NCBI GenBank assembly: GCA_963803805.1
Contig: CAWDOD010000004.1
Coordinates: 384,001 to 448,000, forward strand
Length of the DNA stretch: 64,000 bases
Direction: 5' to 3'
Origin: an uncultured cyanobacterium
GTDB taxonomy: Bacteria; Cyanobacteriota; Cyanobacteriia; Cyanobacteriales; CAWCAG01
A model generated the notes under the pieces. It did not search any database. It was not told the DNA's origin and saw only the letters and a program-made list of their open reading frames with translations. Within the stretch, counting starts at the first letter, position 1. The number at the start of each line of letters is the position of its first letter. Position numbers and translations under genes: made by a program. This document shows, piece after piece, positions 36,610 to 46,905 of the stretch.

Positions 36610-38325
36610 CTAAATACCATGACTTTTGCCAATTACCCAATGACGACGAAAAAATCTAGCTAAAGAACTTTCTTCTAAGGATAAATAAATTGGTCTACCG
36701 TGGGGGCAAGTACGGGGATTATGAGTATTTTTCCAACTATCTAAAAGTTGCTGCATTTCCTTCAAACTCAAAGGAGTACCGTTACGAATAGCACTACGAC
36801 AAGCTGTAGCAACTTGGGCTTCTTGTAAACTTCCACCTTGACTAAATTCTAAAAGAGCAGCAGCACAATCTGAGCGTTTTTCTAGCATGGCAGGAACATT
36901 ACGAATTGCCCATAATTCTTCTCCAAATGGCTCTATATCCAAGCCCAAACTTTCCAATTGGTTTAACTGGGCTGGCTTTAATTGGGCAAGGATAATGGGC
37001 TTTTGTAAAGGCACTAACCGCCAGTCCGTTAATAACTGTTCATACAAAACTCTCTCATGGGCAATATGTTGTTCAATTAACCACAAACCCGTAGAATGTT
37101 CAGCAACAATATAGGTTTTATTAATCTGTCCTACGGCTTTTAAAGCCATAAAACTAATTTCATTTTTGCTTATTTCTTCCTTTTTGGGGAAGATTTTTTC
37201 TTGGGTATGATAGTTACCTTTTTCTTCGGAAACTTTAAGTAACTGACTGATTTTTTGATTATATTTCCCGCTAGGAAGTTGAGCATTACTTAGAGAAAAA
37301 GCTTTTTCAATACCTTGACTAACTTGCTCTCGCCAAAAATCAAGATTATGTAAATAAACCTCAGTTTTAGCTGGGTGGCGATTCCAATCAATTTGACTGG
37401 GGCAAAGTTGTAAATGAAGTAAACAAACCGGATAGCGATCGCGGGGTAAAGTACGAGCAAAAGCCCTCAACATTGCTTGTTCCAACTCTGGCGATCGCAC
37501 AAAGCGGCCATTAATTGCTACCCGTACCCAATCAAAGCGCCGCCGATGACAGCGATCCGGCAAACCCACTAATAGCTGGAGTCGTGCAGGAGTATTGGTG
37601 TAATTTTCTGAGTGTAATTCTTGGGGTAATTCCACCGTCAGACTTAAGGGTTGTAAATCGCTTTGCTGTACCTGCCTAAGAATCTGGGGTAAAATTTGTT
37701 GAGCCGTTTTTCCGGGACTAATACTGAACCAAGGACGTTGATTTTGCCATGCTTGCCAAGTAACCTGGGGATGACAAAGGGCAATTTGCTGGACAATCTC
37801 CTGTACACTTCTCAGTTGCTGAGGCATCCCCGGCAAACCTTGGCGACGCACAGGAATGCTCCCAAAGAGATTGGAGATGGTAACAATTGTGCCAGGGGCA
37901 ATAGCTGCTACATTCTCCTCTACGGGTTCTCCTTGTTGGCTATAGGCGACTCGCCAACCAACCCCTTCTGCTTCAGTGGCTGGGCGGCTGAGGATTTCTA
38001 CCTCAGAAAGTTGAGCTAAACTGTGTAAAGCTTCACCCCGAAATCCTAAGCTGGTAATCTTCCACAGATCACTGCTGTTGTAAATTTTGCTAGTGCTGTG
38101 GGGTAAGGCACACAATCTTAAATTGCTTAAATCCATGCCCACGCCATCATCGGCAACCTGCACCCGCCACAAATCTGGCTCCAAAGAAAGTACTATCCTA
38201 GTTGCTCCTGCATCCAGGGCATTTTCAACTAATTCCCGCACCACTGCCGCAATTGAGTCAACAACCTCACCTGCCGCAATGAGATTAATTACATCAGTTG
38301 GTAGAGCTTGAATCCGATTTGTCAT
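36610..38325 (-). CDS. mutL: DNA mismatch repair endonuclease MutL
   Basis: IAAGEVV, ELVENALDAGA, GFRGEAL, EQHIAHER, ACR, CPHGRP; likely start ATG 38325. Confidence 0.96.
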   Translation of the reverse strand: MTNRIQALPTDVINLIAAGEVVDSIAAVVRELVENALDAGATRIVLSLEPDLWRVQVADDGVGMDLSNLRLCALPHSTSKIYNSSDLWKITSLGFRGEALHSLAQLSEVEILSRPATEAEGVGWRVAYSQQGEPVEENVAAIAPGTIVTISNLFGSIPVRRQGLPGMPQQLRSVQEIVQQIALCHPQVTWQAWQNQRPWFSISPGKTAQQILPQILRQVQQSDLQPLSLTVELPQELHSENYTNTPARLQLLVGLPDRCHRRRFDWVRVAINGRFVRSPELEQAMLRAFARTLPRDRYPVCLLHLQLCPSQIDWNRHPAKTEVYLHNLDFWREQVSQGIEKAFSLSNAQLPSGKYNQKISQLLKVSEEKGNYHTQEKIFPKKEEISKNEISFMALKAVGQINKTYIVAEHSTGLWLIEQHIAHERVLYEQLLTDWRLVPLQKPIILAQLKPAQLNQLESLGLDIEPFGEELWAIRNVPAMLEKRSDCAAALLEFSQGGSLQEAQVATACRSAIRNGTPLSLKEMQQLLDSWKNTHNPRTCPHGRPIYLSLEESSLARFFRRHWVIGKSHGI

Positions 38326-38692
38326 ATAAAATCTGTTGGAGTAGCCCCATGGATTACCCTTGTTCAAATTCTCCTCTGAGACAGCATCTTCACTGGTAGC
38401 ATTAGGAGATTTTACATCCTGGGTGAACGATATGGCAAAAACTGGGGAACATGGAGCAAGGGACTTATACTTTATAGTTTAACTATAAATGCCATTTTAA
38501 TTTTTGCGATCAGCTTAGAGGAGTGCGCGGAGTGCGATTGCCTCTAAAAAAACAACAAATCAGTAAGGATATCTCCCTAGATTTTCAAGCAGACTTTTAT
38601 AACAACCTGCTTGGCTTGCTTAATTTGATATTTTTGAATTGGTTTAATTTCAACCACTGCATTATTGTAGATGAAGATAGAACTAGGACATC

Positions 38693-38920
38693 ATGAAACT
38701 AGATTTAATATATTACTGTCAAGATAGAGGTTTACCTAGTGAGTGGGATTTGGAAGGCTGCCAGTTAGGTAATATTAACTTGATTGTTGGTAAAAATGCT
38801 TCTGGAAAAACAAAAACTCTTGAAGCTATTGTCATCATAGCTGGATTTTTGTCTGGTGAACTAGATATAAAACCAGAGCGTAGTATAAGAGAATGGAAGC
38901 TTATTTTTGACTCTGATGAT
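38693..38920 (+). pseudogene. 5' fragment of an AAA/ABC-type ATPase (AAA_15/AAA_21-like)
   Basis: INLIVGKNASGKT..LEAI Walker A, then the frame runs into antisense sequence of the convergent gene. Confidence 0.75.
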
Positions 38921-38961
38921 GAGGTATTGGTATCAAGAACAAACAAATATTCAAGACTCAC
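38920..38961 (-). pseudogene. 5' stub of a PIN-domain toxin
   Basis: GTG start overlapping the upstream stop; MSLEYLFVLDTNT matches the PIN first motif, then cut. Confidence 0.6.
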
Positions 38962-39175
38962 TGAGAATAGACTCCAAAATCTCTGGTGTTAGTCCTCTAG
39001 ATTTAGCTCTGTCGCTAATTTCATCCATTAGTTCTCGGAGTAAAGCAATATCTGAATCTGCTTGCTTTTGGAGTAAAAAACTAATTATAGCTTGGATTGT
39101 TTTACGTTGTTGTGGAGAGGAAGATTGGTAAGCTTCTGCAACTTGTGGTGTAACTTCGATAGTGATTTGATTCAT
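38951..39175 (-). CDS. Small putative antitoxin
   Basis: ITIEV...AEAY...LMDEISDRAKSRGLTPEILESIL; directly precedes the PIN stub. Confidence 0.7.
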   Translation of the reverse strand: MNQITIEVTPQVAEAYQSSSPQQRKTIQAIISFLLQKQADSDIALLRELMDEISDRAKSRGLTPEILESILSES

Positions 39176-39280
39176 GAGCTATTTATCGTGTTTCTGGTTA
39201 AAGCTAAAGCATAAACAACAATTATTGGTTTTAGCTAGCAAGAAATGTTATCTTGCTAACCTTTGCTTAACGTTAGTGTT

Positions 39281-39442
39281 TCACTTTTTTCTAGGTTTAT
39301 CTCTGCCTTGGTTCGTTTTACCCATCTTCTTATCTGGAAAACTAGGCTTTGGAGAAGGAGAAGGTTTGGGGATTGGTGGCTTCGATGGTTTTGGAGGTGT
39401 ATTAGAATTATTCGAGGAACTTGCACTTTGAGAATCTTCCAT
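39281..39442 (-). CDS. 53-aa Pro/Ser/Lys-rich microprotein
   Basis: Below track threshold: MEDSQSASSSNNSNTPPKPSKPPIPKPSPSPKPSFPDKKMGKTNQGRDKPRKK*. Confidence 0.45.
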   Translation of the reverse strand: MEDSQSASSSNNSNTPPKPSKPPIPKPSPSPKPSFPDKKMGKTNQGRDKPRKK

Positions 39443-40015
39443 GGTTGATGTCAACGAAAATAAAGTCTCTAATAGTCAATATAAAGGTTCGATTTTAGAG
39501 ATAATCTTAAAAGATGCTGATGAATCTCTTAAGCTTTTGCATTCTGATTCTAATTCCATTAATACAAGATTGGCTTTTTTAATTGGGTTTAATGCAACTT
39601 TCGCAAGTTTTTTATCAAAATTGCCCTATTCAAAAATTGAAGTTCTAGAAAAAGTTGATAGCTATTATTCTTATAAAAAACAATTACTAAGCATATTAGC
39701 GATTGTTATTGGATGGTTTTTACAAATAAAGCCTGTTATAGCTCTACTTATCTGTTTTTCAGTTACTTTAGCAATCTATGCTATAATCCTTCTCCTATTC
39801 CAATAGTTATTTATCCTAATGAAATGCTTAAGGAAGGTCAAGATTGTGATGAGGAAGATTTTATCAAAGCAATAATTGAAAACAGAGATAAGACAATCAG
39901 AAGAATTGAAAATAGGATTTCACAAAAAGCTTCATATCTTAAGTATTCTCTTGTTACATTAGGAGGAGCAGCATTACTTACAATAGTTGATATACTTATA
40001 AACGTTAATGTATAG
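39441..40015 (+). pseudogene. Frameshifted 3-TM membrane protein
   Basis: ORFs 39441..39806 and 39713..40015 join near 39785 (AIYAI / NPSPIPIV). Confidence 0.6.
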
Positions 40016-40131
40016 CATTATTGATGATTCGCCTACTCAATTTGCCACCCAAATAAATTAAGACACAGTACTAAGAAGGGAGAAGGAAGAAGGAAAAAGC
40101 ACATCGCCTTAACCTCCAACCTTCTAAATTT

Positions 40132-41712
40132 CTAACCCTTAACTTTCAAACTACTCAAATCCGCCAAATTCCCCTCAATCACAGCACCCCGCTTATTCGC
40201 ATCAAGATGGCGCAAAATCTTATAGATAGTTTCAACCTCTTCTATTGCACCAACCTTATCTGCAACCTCCCTTAAAGATAAAGGTTCGCTTGTCTCTTGC
40301 AACAGATTCATAACCTTGGTTTGTAACTCCAACACCGATGCTGCTGCCTTCTTCCCTGCTTCCACACCAGGTTGATGATAGGCATTAATATTAACCAAAC
40401 TGGCATACAATCCTACAGCCCGTTCATAAAGAGCAATTAACGCACCCACAATGCGCTCATTTACTTCTGGTACTGTAATCGTAATAGAATCTCGCTGATT
40501 TTCATAAAGTGCTTGGCGCGTACCCTGCAACAATCCAGATAGATAATCCCCTGCGGTTACGGAAGGTTCAACTTCTACGGACTTTCCTTCTCTGTCTTGC
40601 AATACTTCAATAAAAGTAGCAAAGAAGTTAGGTACACCTTCCCTTAACTGTTGTACATAGGCGTGTTGATCTGTAGAACCTTTGTTACCATAAACTGCAA
40701 TACCTTGATAAACAGTATTACCATCTAAATCTTTTTCCTTACCCAAAGATTCCATAACTAACTGTTGCAGATAGCGACTAAATAGCAACAAGCTATCTTT
40801 GTAAGGGAGAATTACCATATCTTTTTCCCCTTGACCATTCCCTGCAAAGTACCAAGCTAGCGCCAACAAAGCTGCGGGGTTGGTTTTTAATTCAGGTTTC
40901 CGGGTCAAGATATCCATCGCTTTTGCACCATCTAACATGGCTTGAATATCGATACCCTGACAAGCCGCAGCCACTAAACCAACTGCTGATAATTCTGAGG
41001 TGCGCCCTCCAACCCAATCGTGCATCGGAAAGGTGGTTAACCAGTTTTCCGAGGTGGCAATCTTGTCTAACTTACTACCTTCCCCGGTAATAGCCACCGC
41101 ATGGGAAGAAAAATCAACGTGGTGGGTTTGGAAAGCTTTTTTAACTTCCAACATTCCGTTGCGAGTTTCGGGAGTACCTCCGGATTTAGAAATAACTAAA
41201 ACTAAGGTTGTGTTTAAATCCGGAATTTTAGCTATGGTTGCATCTATTCCCGCCGGATCGGTGTTGTCAACAAAATGAATCTTTAAAGGTGCATCCGTTG
41301 GGGCTAAAGCTTCGGCGACAAATTGGGGCCCTAAAGCTGAACCACCAATACCCACCGAAAGGATATCAGTAAACTTATCCGCACCAGAAGGCTGAATTTC
41401 GCCACTATGCACCTTGCTAGCGAAGCTTTTAATCTTCTCTAAGGTGGTGACAATATCTTCTTTTAACTCTCCATTAGGAGCTAAATCAGCGTCTCGCAGC
41501 CAATAATGTCCCACCATACGGTTTTCATCAGGATTGGCGATCGCACCTCCTTCTAAAGCCTCCATATCCTTAAAAGCTTGCTGGAATTTTGGTTCCATTT
41601 CAGACACAAAAGCATCATCAAACCTCATTCGGGATATATCTAAATAAATTCCCAGGTCTTCATCATAATAAAGCCAGTCTTGGTAGCGTTGCCAAAGGGC
41701 GGTGGCATCCAT
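40132..41712 (-). CDS. pgi: Glucose-6-phosphate isomerase
   Basis: [42 protein letters not shown]. Confidence 0.97.
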   Translation of the reverse strand: MDATALWQRYQDWLYYDEDLGIYLDISRMRFDDAFVSEMEPKFQQAFKDMEALEGGAIANPDENRMVGHYWLRDADLAPNGELKEDIVTTLEKIKSFASKVHSGEIQPSGADKFTDILSVGIGGSALGPQFVAEALAPTDAPLKIHFVDNTDPAGIDATIAKIPDLNTTLVLVISKSGGTPETRNGMLEVKKAFQTHHVDFSSHAVAITGEGSKLDKIATSENWLTTFPMHDWVGGRTSELSAVGLVAAACQGIDIQAMLDGAKAMDILTRKPELKTNPAALLALAWYFAGNGQGEKDMVILPYKDSLLLFSRYLQQLVMESLGKEKDLDGNTVYQGIAVYGNKGSTDQHAYVQQLREGVPNFFATFIEVLQDREGKSVEVEPSVTAGDYLSGLLQGTRQALYENQRDSITITVPEVNERIVGALIALYERAVGLYASLVNINAYHQPGVEAGKKAAASVLELQTKVMNLLQETSEPLSLREVADKVGAIEEVETIYKILRHLDANKRGAVIEGNLADLSSLKVKG

Positions 41713-41915
41713 AAATCAACCTCAAAACTTAGTTCTCACCATTGGTTAGTTTAGGCTACCTTTCCCCTTCTCGGCTTTTCCTTTATTCTTTCCTCTACTT
41801 TACTTAGCTCAATCCATTACTTTGTGGGGAATACAGTAGTTTATTTAACAAAATCTCAAACTTATGTTAAGATTTGTATAGCGTTACAAACAAATATACT
41901 AAGGGTCTAATTTTT

Positions 41916-42095
41916 ATGAGATATACAACAGAAGATGGTGGCCGTTTAAATAACTTCGCAGTCGAACCAAAAGTTTATGGTGCGGATGCCCCTAATAAAA
42001 ATCAACAGCGTAACTATATTATTCTTGGTGTTGGTGCTTTAACTCTTGTTGGTGGCTTAATGGCGGTTGCAGTAGCAGTTTCCAACGTCAGCTAG
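41916..42095 (+). CDS. psb34: PSII assembly factor Psb34 (Ssl1498 family)
   Basis: MRYTTEDGGRLNNFAVEPKVY plus one TM. Confidence 0.88.
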   Translation: MRYTTEDGGRLNNFAVEPKVYGADAPNKNQQRNYIILGVGALTLVGGLMAVAVAVSNVS

Positions 42096-42140
42096 AAAAA
42101 ATATCTTGATATAATTCAACTAAAATTTAATTTTAAATTG

Positions 42141-42181
42141 GGAAGATTGGGCTTAAAAGACCAGTCTTTCTTATTATTTTT
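42141..42181 (+). terminator. Intrinsic terminator after psb34
   Basis: GGAAGATTGG / CCAGTCTTTC stem followed by a T-rich tract. Confidence 0.5.
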
Positions 42182-42236
42182 GGGACTTAGACTAATTCTC
42201 TGTATAGTTTAAATAAGTAAGAGTCTAAACAGATAC

Positions 42237-43028
42237 ATGAAATTGCTCATCAGCAACGACGACGGCATTTTTGCCTTGGGAATTCGTATTTTAGCCAATA
42301 CCTTAGCTAAAGCAGGACATGAAGTTATTGTAGTTTGTCCTGATAGAGAACGTTCTGCCACAGGTCATGGCTTAACTTTACATAGACCAATTCGTGCTGA
42401 GATTGTTAGCTCTGTTTTCGCTCCCCAAGTGGTAGCCTGGTCTTGTTCAGGAACTCCTTCTGATTGTGTTAAGTTCGCCCTTTCTGCGGTGTTAGATAGT
42501 CGTCCAGATTTTGTCCTAGCAGGCATTAATCATGGTTCAAATTTAGGTACAGACATTCTTTATTCTGGTACTGTTTCTGCGGCTATGGAAGGGACGATTG
42601 AAGGCATTCCTAGTATTGCTATTAGTTTAGCTAGTCATAGTTGTCAAGAATTTCAACCCGCTGCTAATTTTGTGGAGAGTTTATTAACTACTTTAAGTAA
42701 AAATTATTTGCCGGAAACTACTTTGATTAATGTTAATGTTCCTGCGGTAACGGAGCAAGAAATAGCTGGAGTTATGTTAACCCGTCAAGGTTATCGCCGC
42801 TACACAGAAATTTTTCAAAAAAGGTTAGATCCCCGTGGCAAAACCTATTATTGGTTAGCCGGAGAAGCAGTAGAAGAAATAGAACAGCCAGAACATATTC
42901 ATTTACCTGCAAGTGTTCCTACAGATGTTCAAGCTATTAAAAAAAACTACATTACTTTGACTCCTCTGCAATATAATCTTACCGATGTTAAAGGTTTTTC
43001 TGCTTTACAAGGGATGGAAAATTTGTAG
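42237..43028 (+). CDS. surE: 5'/3'-nucleotidase SurE
   Basis: [31 protein letters not shown]. Confidence 0.96.
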   Translation: MKLLISNDDGIFALGIRILANTLAKAGHEVIVVCPDRERSATGHGLTLHRPIRAEIVSSVFAPQVVAWSCSGTPSDCVKFALSAVLDSRPDFVLAGINHGSNLGTDILYSGTVSAAMEGTIEGIPSIAISLASHSCQEFQPAANFVESLLTTLSKNYLPETTLINVNVPAVTEQEIAGVMLTRQGYRRYTEIFQKRLDPRGKTYYWLAGEAVEEIEQPEHIHLPASVPTDVQAIKKNYITLTPLQYNLTDVKGFSALQGMENL

Positions 43029-43071
43029 ACAACACAGTTGATTCTCAAATAAAAGCTTTTTTACTTTCAAA

Positions 43072-43737
43072 CTAACTATAAACCCCTTCAATTTGCTTGG
43101 AAAGCTGCTGCATACAAAATCTAAAGTAATAACTTAGCCAACTTACAATTCCCAGTATTTTAAATCCTTCTTCAACAATATGATGTCCTGGCAAATTACT
43201 AGGACCCATATCAACAATTGTTGAGAGCAAGAAGCAGGCAATAGCTAATAAAATAAACAAAAAATCGGAATAAAAAATTGTTTTCCAGAATTTATAGATA
43301 AATCCAGAAATCAGTATTCCATAAAAGATAAAAACCAATAGCTCTGATAGGTTCTTCATTTTTCTGGGTATATCTCCAGAGCCGTACAAGATTAGATAAA
43401 AATTTTCATGAAGCAGAAACAAATCATCAAATAAAAGTAGCATTGATAAAAACCCGGATGATATTAGGAATAAAACTACCCGGCGCTTGCCCCTTGCTTC
43501 ACCATATCGTGAAATCAGGAATGAGCTAAACAAGCATATAGTTACGGTTGCACACCAAAATAAATTGCCAATTTGAGATAAGACACCGGTGTAAGGCGCT
43601 TGTTGGGCAAAGCCATTGGGATCTGCAACCAGTTGTTCGGGGTAAATACCAGTAGCTTTTGCTATGGAATAAGCTAGAACAATTAAGCAAATAACTGGAA
43701 GATAGACCTTCACTAGAGTTCGGAAAGGGACTGACAT
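43072..43737 (-). CDS. Hypothetical multi-TM protein
   Basis: About 6-7 TM; DDLFLLHE and EEGFK. Confidence 0.75.
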   Translation of the reverse strand: MSVPFRTLVKVYLPVICLIVLAYSIAKATGIYPEQLVADPNGFAQQAPYTGVLSQIGNLFWCATVTICLFSSFLISRYGEARGKRRVVLFLISSGFLSMLLLFDDLFLLHENFYLILYGSGDIPRKMKNLSELLVFIFYGILISGFIYKFWKTIFYSDFLFILLAIACFLLSTIVDMGPSNLPGHHIVEEGFKILGIVSWLSYYFRFCMQQLSKQIEGVYS

Positions 43738-44047
43738 GGTATAGAAAAAACTGTAAACTTAATTTTGTTGAGTTAAACTAATCTTAACGTAACCATAACT
43801 TTAGCAAAAATTGCTGTCATTCTTCTTTCACAGAAAATAAAGGAAGAGTTTGTTACTACCGTTGCCCCAAAACTAAGCGTAAAAGTGCTTAAGCCCAAAA
43901 TAATACTAAGCTTGTTTAGAGAAATAATTAAGTAATTTGAAGTTTTTTTTCTTTTCCTTAATAAACTTTTCTTAACCCTCAGCTTATTTAGTTTAATGAA
44001 AAAGTTAACAAGAAATTAAATTTTGATTAAACTAAATTTAACAAAAC

Positions 44048-44779
44048 ATGAAACTAGCCATCACATACTTAGCTGTAGCTGTAGGGAATATAGTTTTTTT
44101 CACTTCACTATACATTCTGTTTCCTACCTTGAGAGATAATCTTGTTCAAGAAGACAAGTTTCTGGAAAATTTAACCGCTTTAGTCTTTTTCCAAGGTTTT
44201 ATTGTCGGTATGATTGGACTCTACAAATTCAAGAAACTACCCAATAAAAAACTTTATATTCTCATACCCTTAATTTCTTTGCTAGGTTTTCTAGACGAGT
44301 TAAGCTTTGGTGAAAGAATAGTCAATTTTCAAGCACCTGTAATTGCTGGACAAAAAATAGATGCAGCCCATGATTTTTTTAATTTGTTCTATAAGGTAGG
44401 TTACAAAAAGATCGTCTATCCGCAATTTGTTGAGCCTCTCACAGAGATCTTGTTAAACAACGCTTTCATATTATTTCTTTTAGCTATTTGCTTATTAGGG
44501 GTGATTTTTAAATATAGAAAACTATTGTTTATATACTTAGCATCTCTCTGGTCTAAATTGCAGGATCTATTTGGCAATAAGTGGTGGGCAAACTTACCCT
44601 TAAAATTCTCTCTCGTCGCTCTGATTTTTCTCTTTATTTCTACAGGAATTGAACTTCGCTTGTTTGGCAAGCTTCCCGAAAGGCAATTTATAGAAGAGTT
44701 ATCAGAAGTAAATATGGCAATAGGATTTTTGTTTGCTTCTCTTTCTTTATGGTATGGTTCAAGAATATTTAAGAACTAA
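44048..44779 (+). CDS. Hypothetical multi-TM protein
   Basis: EDKFLENLT, LDELSFGER, HD and EELSE motifs. Confidence 0.75.
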   Translation: MKLAITYLAVAVGNIVFFTSLYILFPTLRDNLVQEDKFLENLTALVFFQGFIVGMIGLYKFKKLPNKKLYILIPLISLLGFLDELSFGERIVNFQAPVIAGQKIDAAHDFFNLFYKVGYKKIVYPQFVEPLTEILLNNAFILFLLAICLLGVIFKYRKLLFIYLASLWSKLQDLFGNKWWANLPLKFSLVALIFLFISTGIELRLFGKLPERQFIEELSEVNMAIGFLFASLSLWYGSRIFKN

Positions 44780-44963
44780 ACAATAATACTAAACCAAACC
44801 AGGCTTAATTGCAGAGATTGTTCGTTAGGGTAAGCTAGAGGCCGTACCGCAGCATCAAGGAAACCATTGTATCTCATGTGCCATGTGATTTGTAATTGCT
44901 CTATTTCAGATGGCTTTAGTGCCGAAAAAAAGGTTAACTGGAATTAAAAAAATAACTTAAAGT

Positions 44964-45809
44964 TTAGGACTGCTTGAAGCGATGTTGGCGCAGTAAACCA
45001 TATTTGGGGGCAAACACCATAGCAGCAACAAAAAATACTGTTAGTAGTACCACAATGCAACCACCTGTTGGTACATCCAAATGATAACTAAAATAAACTC
45101 CTAACAGGCAAGATAAGACACTGCTAGCAACAGAAATCATTAGCATTCTCTCAAAGCGATCTGTTAATAAATAGGCTGTTGCCCCAGGAGTAACTAGCAT
45201 GGCTACCACTAAAACAATGCCTGCGGTTTGTAGGGCAGTAACAATAGTTAAAGCTAATACTGAGAGTAGAGTATAGTACATAAACTGGGTATTCAAACCA
45301 ATAGCCTTAGCATGATTGGGATCAAAACAAAATAACAATAGATCCTTGCGTCGTAAGGTGATTATTATCAAGGTAAGCAACCCGGCAATGAGAGTTTGCA
45401 GGATATCTTGGGGGGAAATCCCCAAAACGTTACCAAATAAGATATGAAATAAATCTATATTGCTAGGAATTTTTGTTGAGAGGACTAAGCCAAAAGCGAA
45501 AAAGCCTGTGAACACTACTCCAATTACCGCATCTTCTTTGAGGCGGGTTTTAGATTTTACATAACCGATTGCTACCGTTGCCCCAAAACCAAAGATAAAA
45601 GCACCTACAGCAAAAGGTATACCGAGTGCATAAGCTACTACTACCCCAGGTACAACAGCATGGGAAACGGCATCTCCCATCAATGACCAGCCTTTTAGGG
45701 TAATGTAACAAGATAGTACAGCACAAACTATACCAACAAAGGTGCTTACCCATAGGGCTTTAACCATAAAACCACTTTGCAATGGTACGACAAACCAATC
45801 TAATAACAT
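44964..45809 (-). CDS. Mn/Fe/Zn ABC transporter permease (ABC-3)
   Basis: SLMGDAVSHAVVPG, EDAVIG, LFGNVLG. Confidence 0.92.
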   Translation of the reverse strand: MLLDWFVVPLQSGFMVKALWVSTFVGIVCAVLSCYITLKGWSLMGDAVSHAVVPGVVVAYALGIPFAVGAFIFGFGATVAIGYVKSKTRLKEDAVIGVVFTGFFAFGLVLSTKIPSNIDLFHILFGNVLGISPQDILQTLIAGLLTLIIITLRRKDLLLFCFDPNHAKAIGLNTQFMYYTLLSVLALTIVTALQTAGIVLVVAMLVTPGATAYLLTDRFERMLMISVASSVLSCLLGVYFSYHLDVPTGGCIVVLLTVFFVAAMVFAPKYGLLRQHRFKQS

Positions 45810-45827
45810 CTTTTTCCCCAGGAGAAT

Positions 45828-46832
45828 TTAAAGAGCAAAACCTAAAGCCTTTTTTACCCTAATCAGAGTTGCTTGTGCCACGGTTTCTGCTTTTTGTTGC
45901 CCTTCTTTTAAGATAGATTGCAAATAACCTTTCTCTTCTTTTATCTCTTGATACTTCTGTTGAATTGGTTGTAAAGTAGCAATAGTCGCTTCTGTTAATA
46001 GGGGTTTAAATTGTCCCCAACCCATACCTTCAGCTTCTGCTGCTACCGCTTCTTTAGTTTGATCAGAAAGTAAAGTATAAAGAGTTAAAAGATTATGACA
46101 TTCTGGTCTTTCAGGATCATCAAAAGCTAAACCTTTAATGGGGTCAGTTTTTGAGCGTTTAACTTTTTTAGTGATTACTTCGGGAGGATCAAGAAGGTTA
46201 ATGCGACTTAAATCTGAAGGATCAGATTTAGACATCTTCTTTGTACCATCGCTTAAACTCATAATCCTCGCCCCTTCTTTACGGATCAAAGGTTCAGGAA
46301 GTTTTAAAACCGGCTGTTTTTTCTTACCAAAACGGTCATTAATTCTAATGGCAATGTCGCGAGTTAGTTCTAAATGCTGTTTTTGATCTTCCCCTACAGG
46401 TACTTTATCTGTATCGTAAAGCAAAATATCCGCTGCCATCAGCACCGGATAATCTAACAAACCAACACTAACATTTTCCCCTTGCTTAAGGGCTTTTTCC
46501 TTAAACTGGATCATTCTTTCTAACCAGTTAAGGGGAGTAATGCAATTAAGTAACCAAGTTAACTCACTATGGGCAGTAACTTGAGATTGAATAAAAAAGG
46601 TTGAACAAGAAAGATCAATGCCACAAGCAAGACAAATAGCAGCAATATCTAATGTATCTTCTGCCAGACGTTTAGGATCATGGGGGACAGTAATCGCGTG
46701 TAAATCCACCACACTAAAAAAGTTTTCATAATCACTCTGTAATTCAACCCAATTACGAATTGCTCCAAAATAGTTACCTAAATGGGGGTTTCCGGTAGGT
46801 TGAATGCCAGAAAATACTCGCTTTTTAGCCAT
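45828..46832 (-). CDS. trpS: Tryptophan--tRNA ligase
   Basis: SGIQPTG..HLGN, VPVGEDQKQH, KMSKS. Confidence 0.97.
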   Translation of the reverse strand: MAKKRVFSGIQPTGNPHLGNYFGAIRNWVELQSDYENFFSVVDLHAITVPHDPKRLAEDTLDIAAICLACGIDLSCSTFFIQSQVTAHSELTWLLNCITPLNWLERMIQFKEKALKQGENVSVGLLDYPVLMAADILLYDTDKVPVGEDQKQHLELTRDIAIRINDRFGKKKQPVLKLPEPLIRKEGARIMSLSDGTKKMSKSDPSDLSRINLLDPPEVITKKVKRSKTDPIKGLAFDDPERPECHNLLTLYTLLSDQTKEAVAAEAEGMGWGQFKPLLTEATIATLQPIQQKYQEIKEEKGYLQSILKEGQQKAETVAQATLIRVKKALGFAL

Positions 46833-46905
46833 GTTAATTTTGAAGTTTACTACTTAATAACTGCCCAAGAATTTTGATTATATCCCTTTTCTTAGGAGTA
46901 AACTT

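Noticed and set aside
38330..38470. 6S RNA candidate upstream of mutL
   Set aside because: Could not fold the long rod with central bulge by eye; the region is an open frame continuous with mutL.
41873..41890. TTTGTA-N6-TACAAA as an NtcA box before psb34
   Set aside because: NtcA needs GTA-N8-TAC; spacing here is N6 and no regulator can be assigned.
44780..44930. Short open minus-strand frame between convergent genes
   Set aside because: No credible start or recognisable motif.
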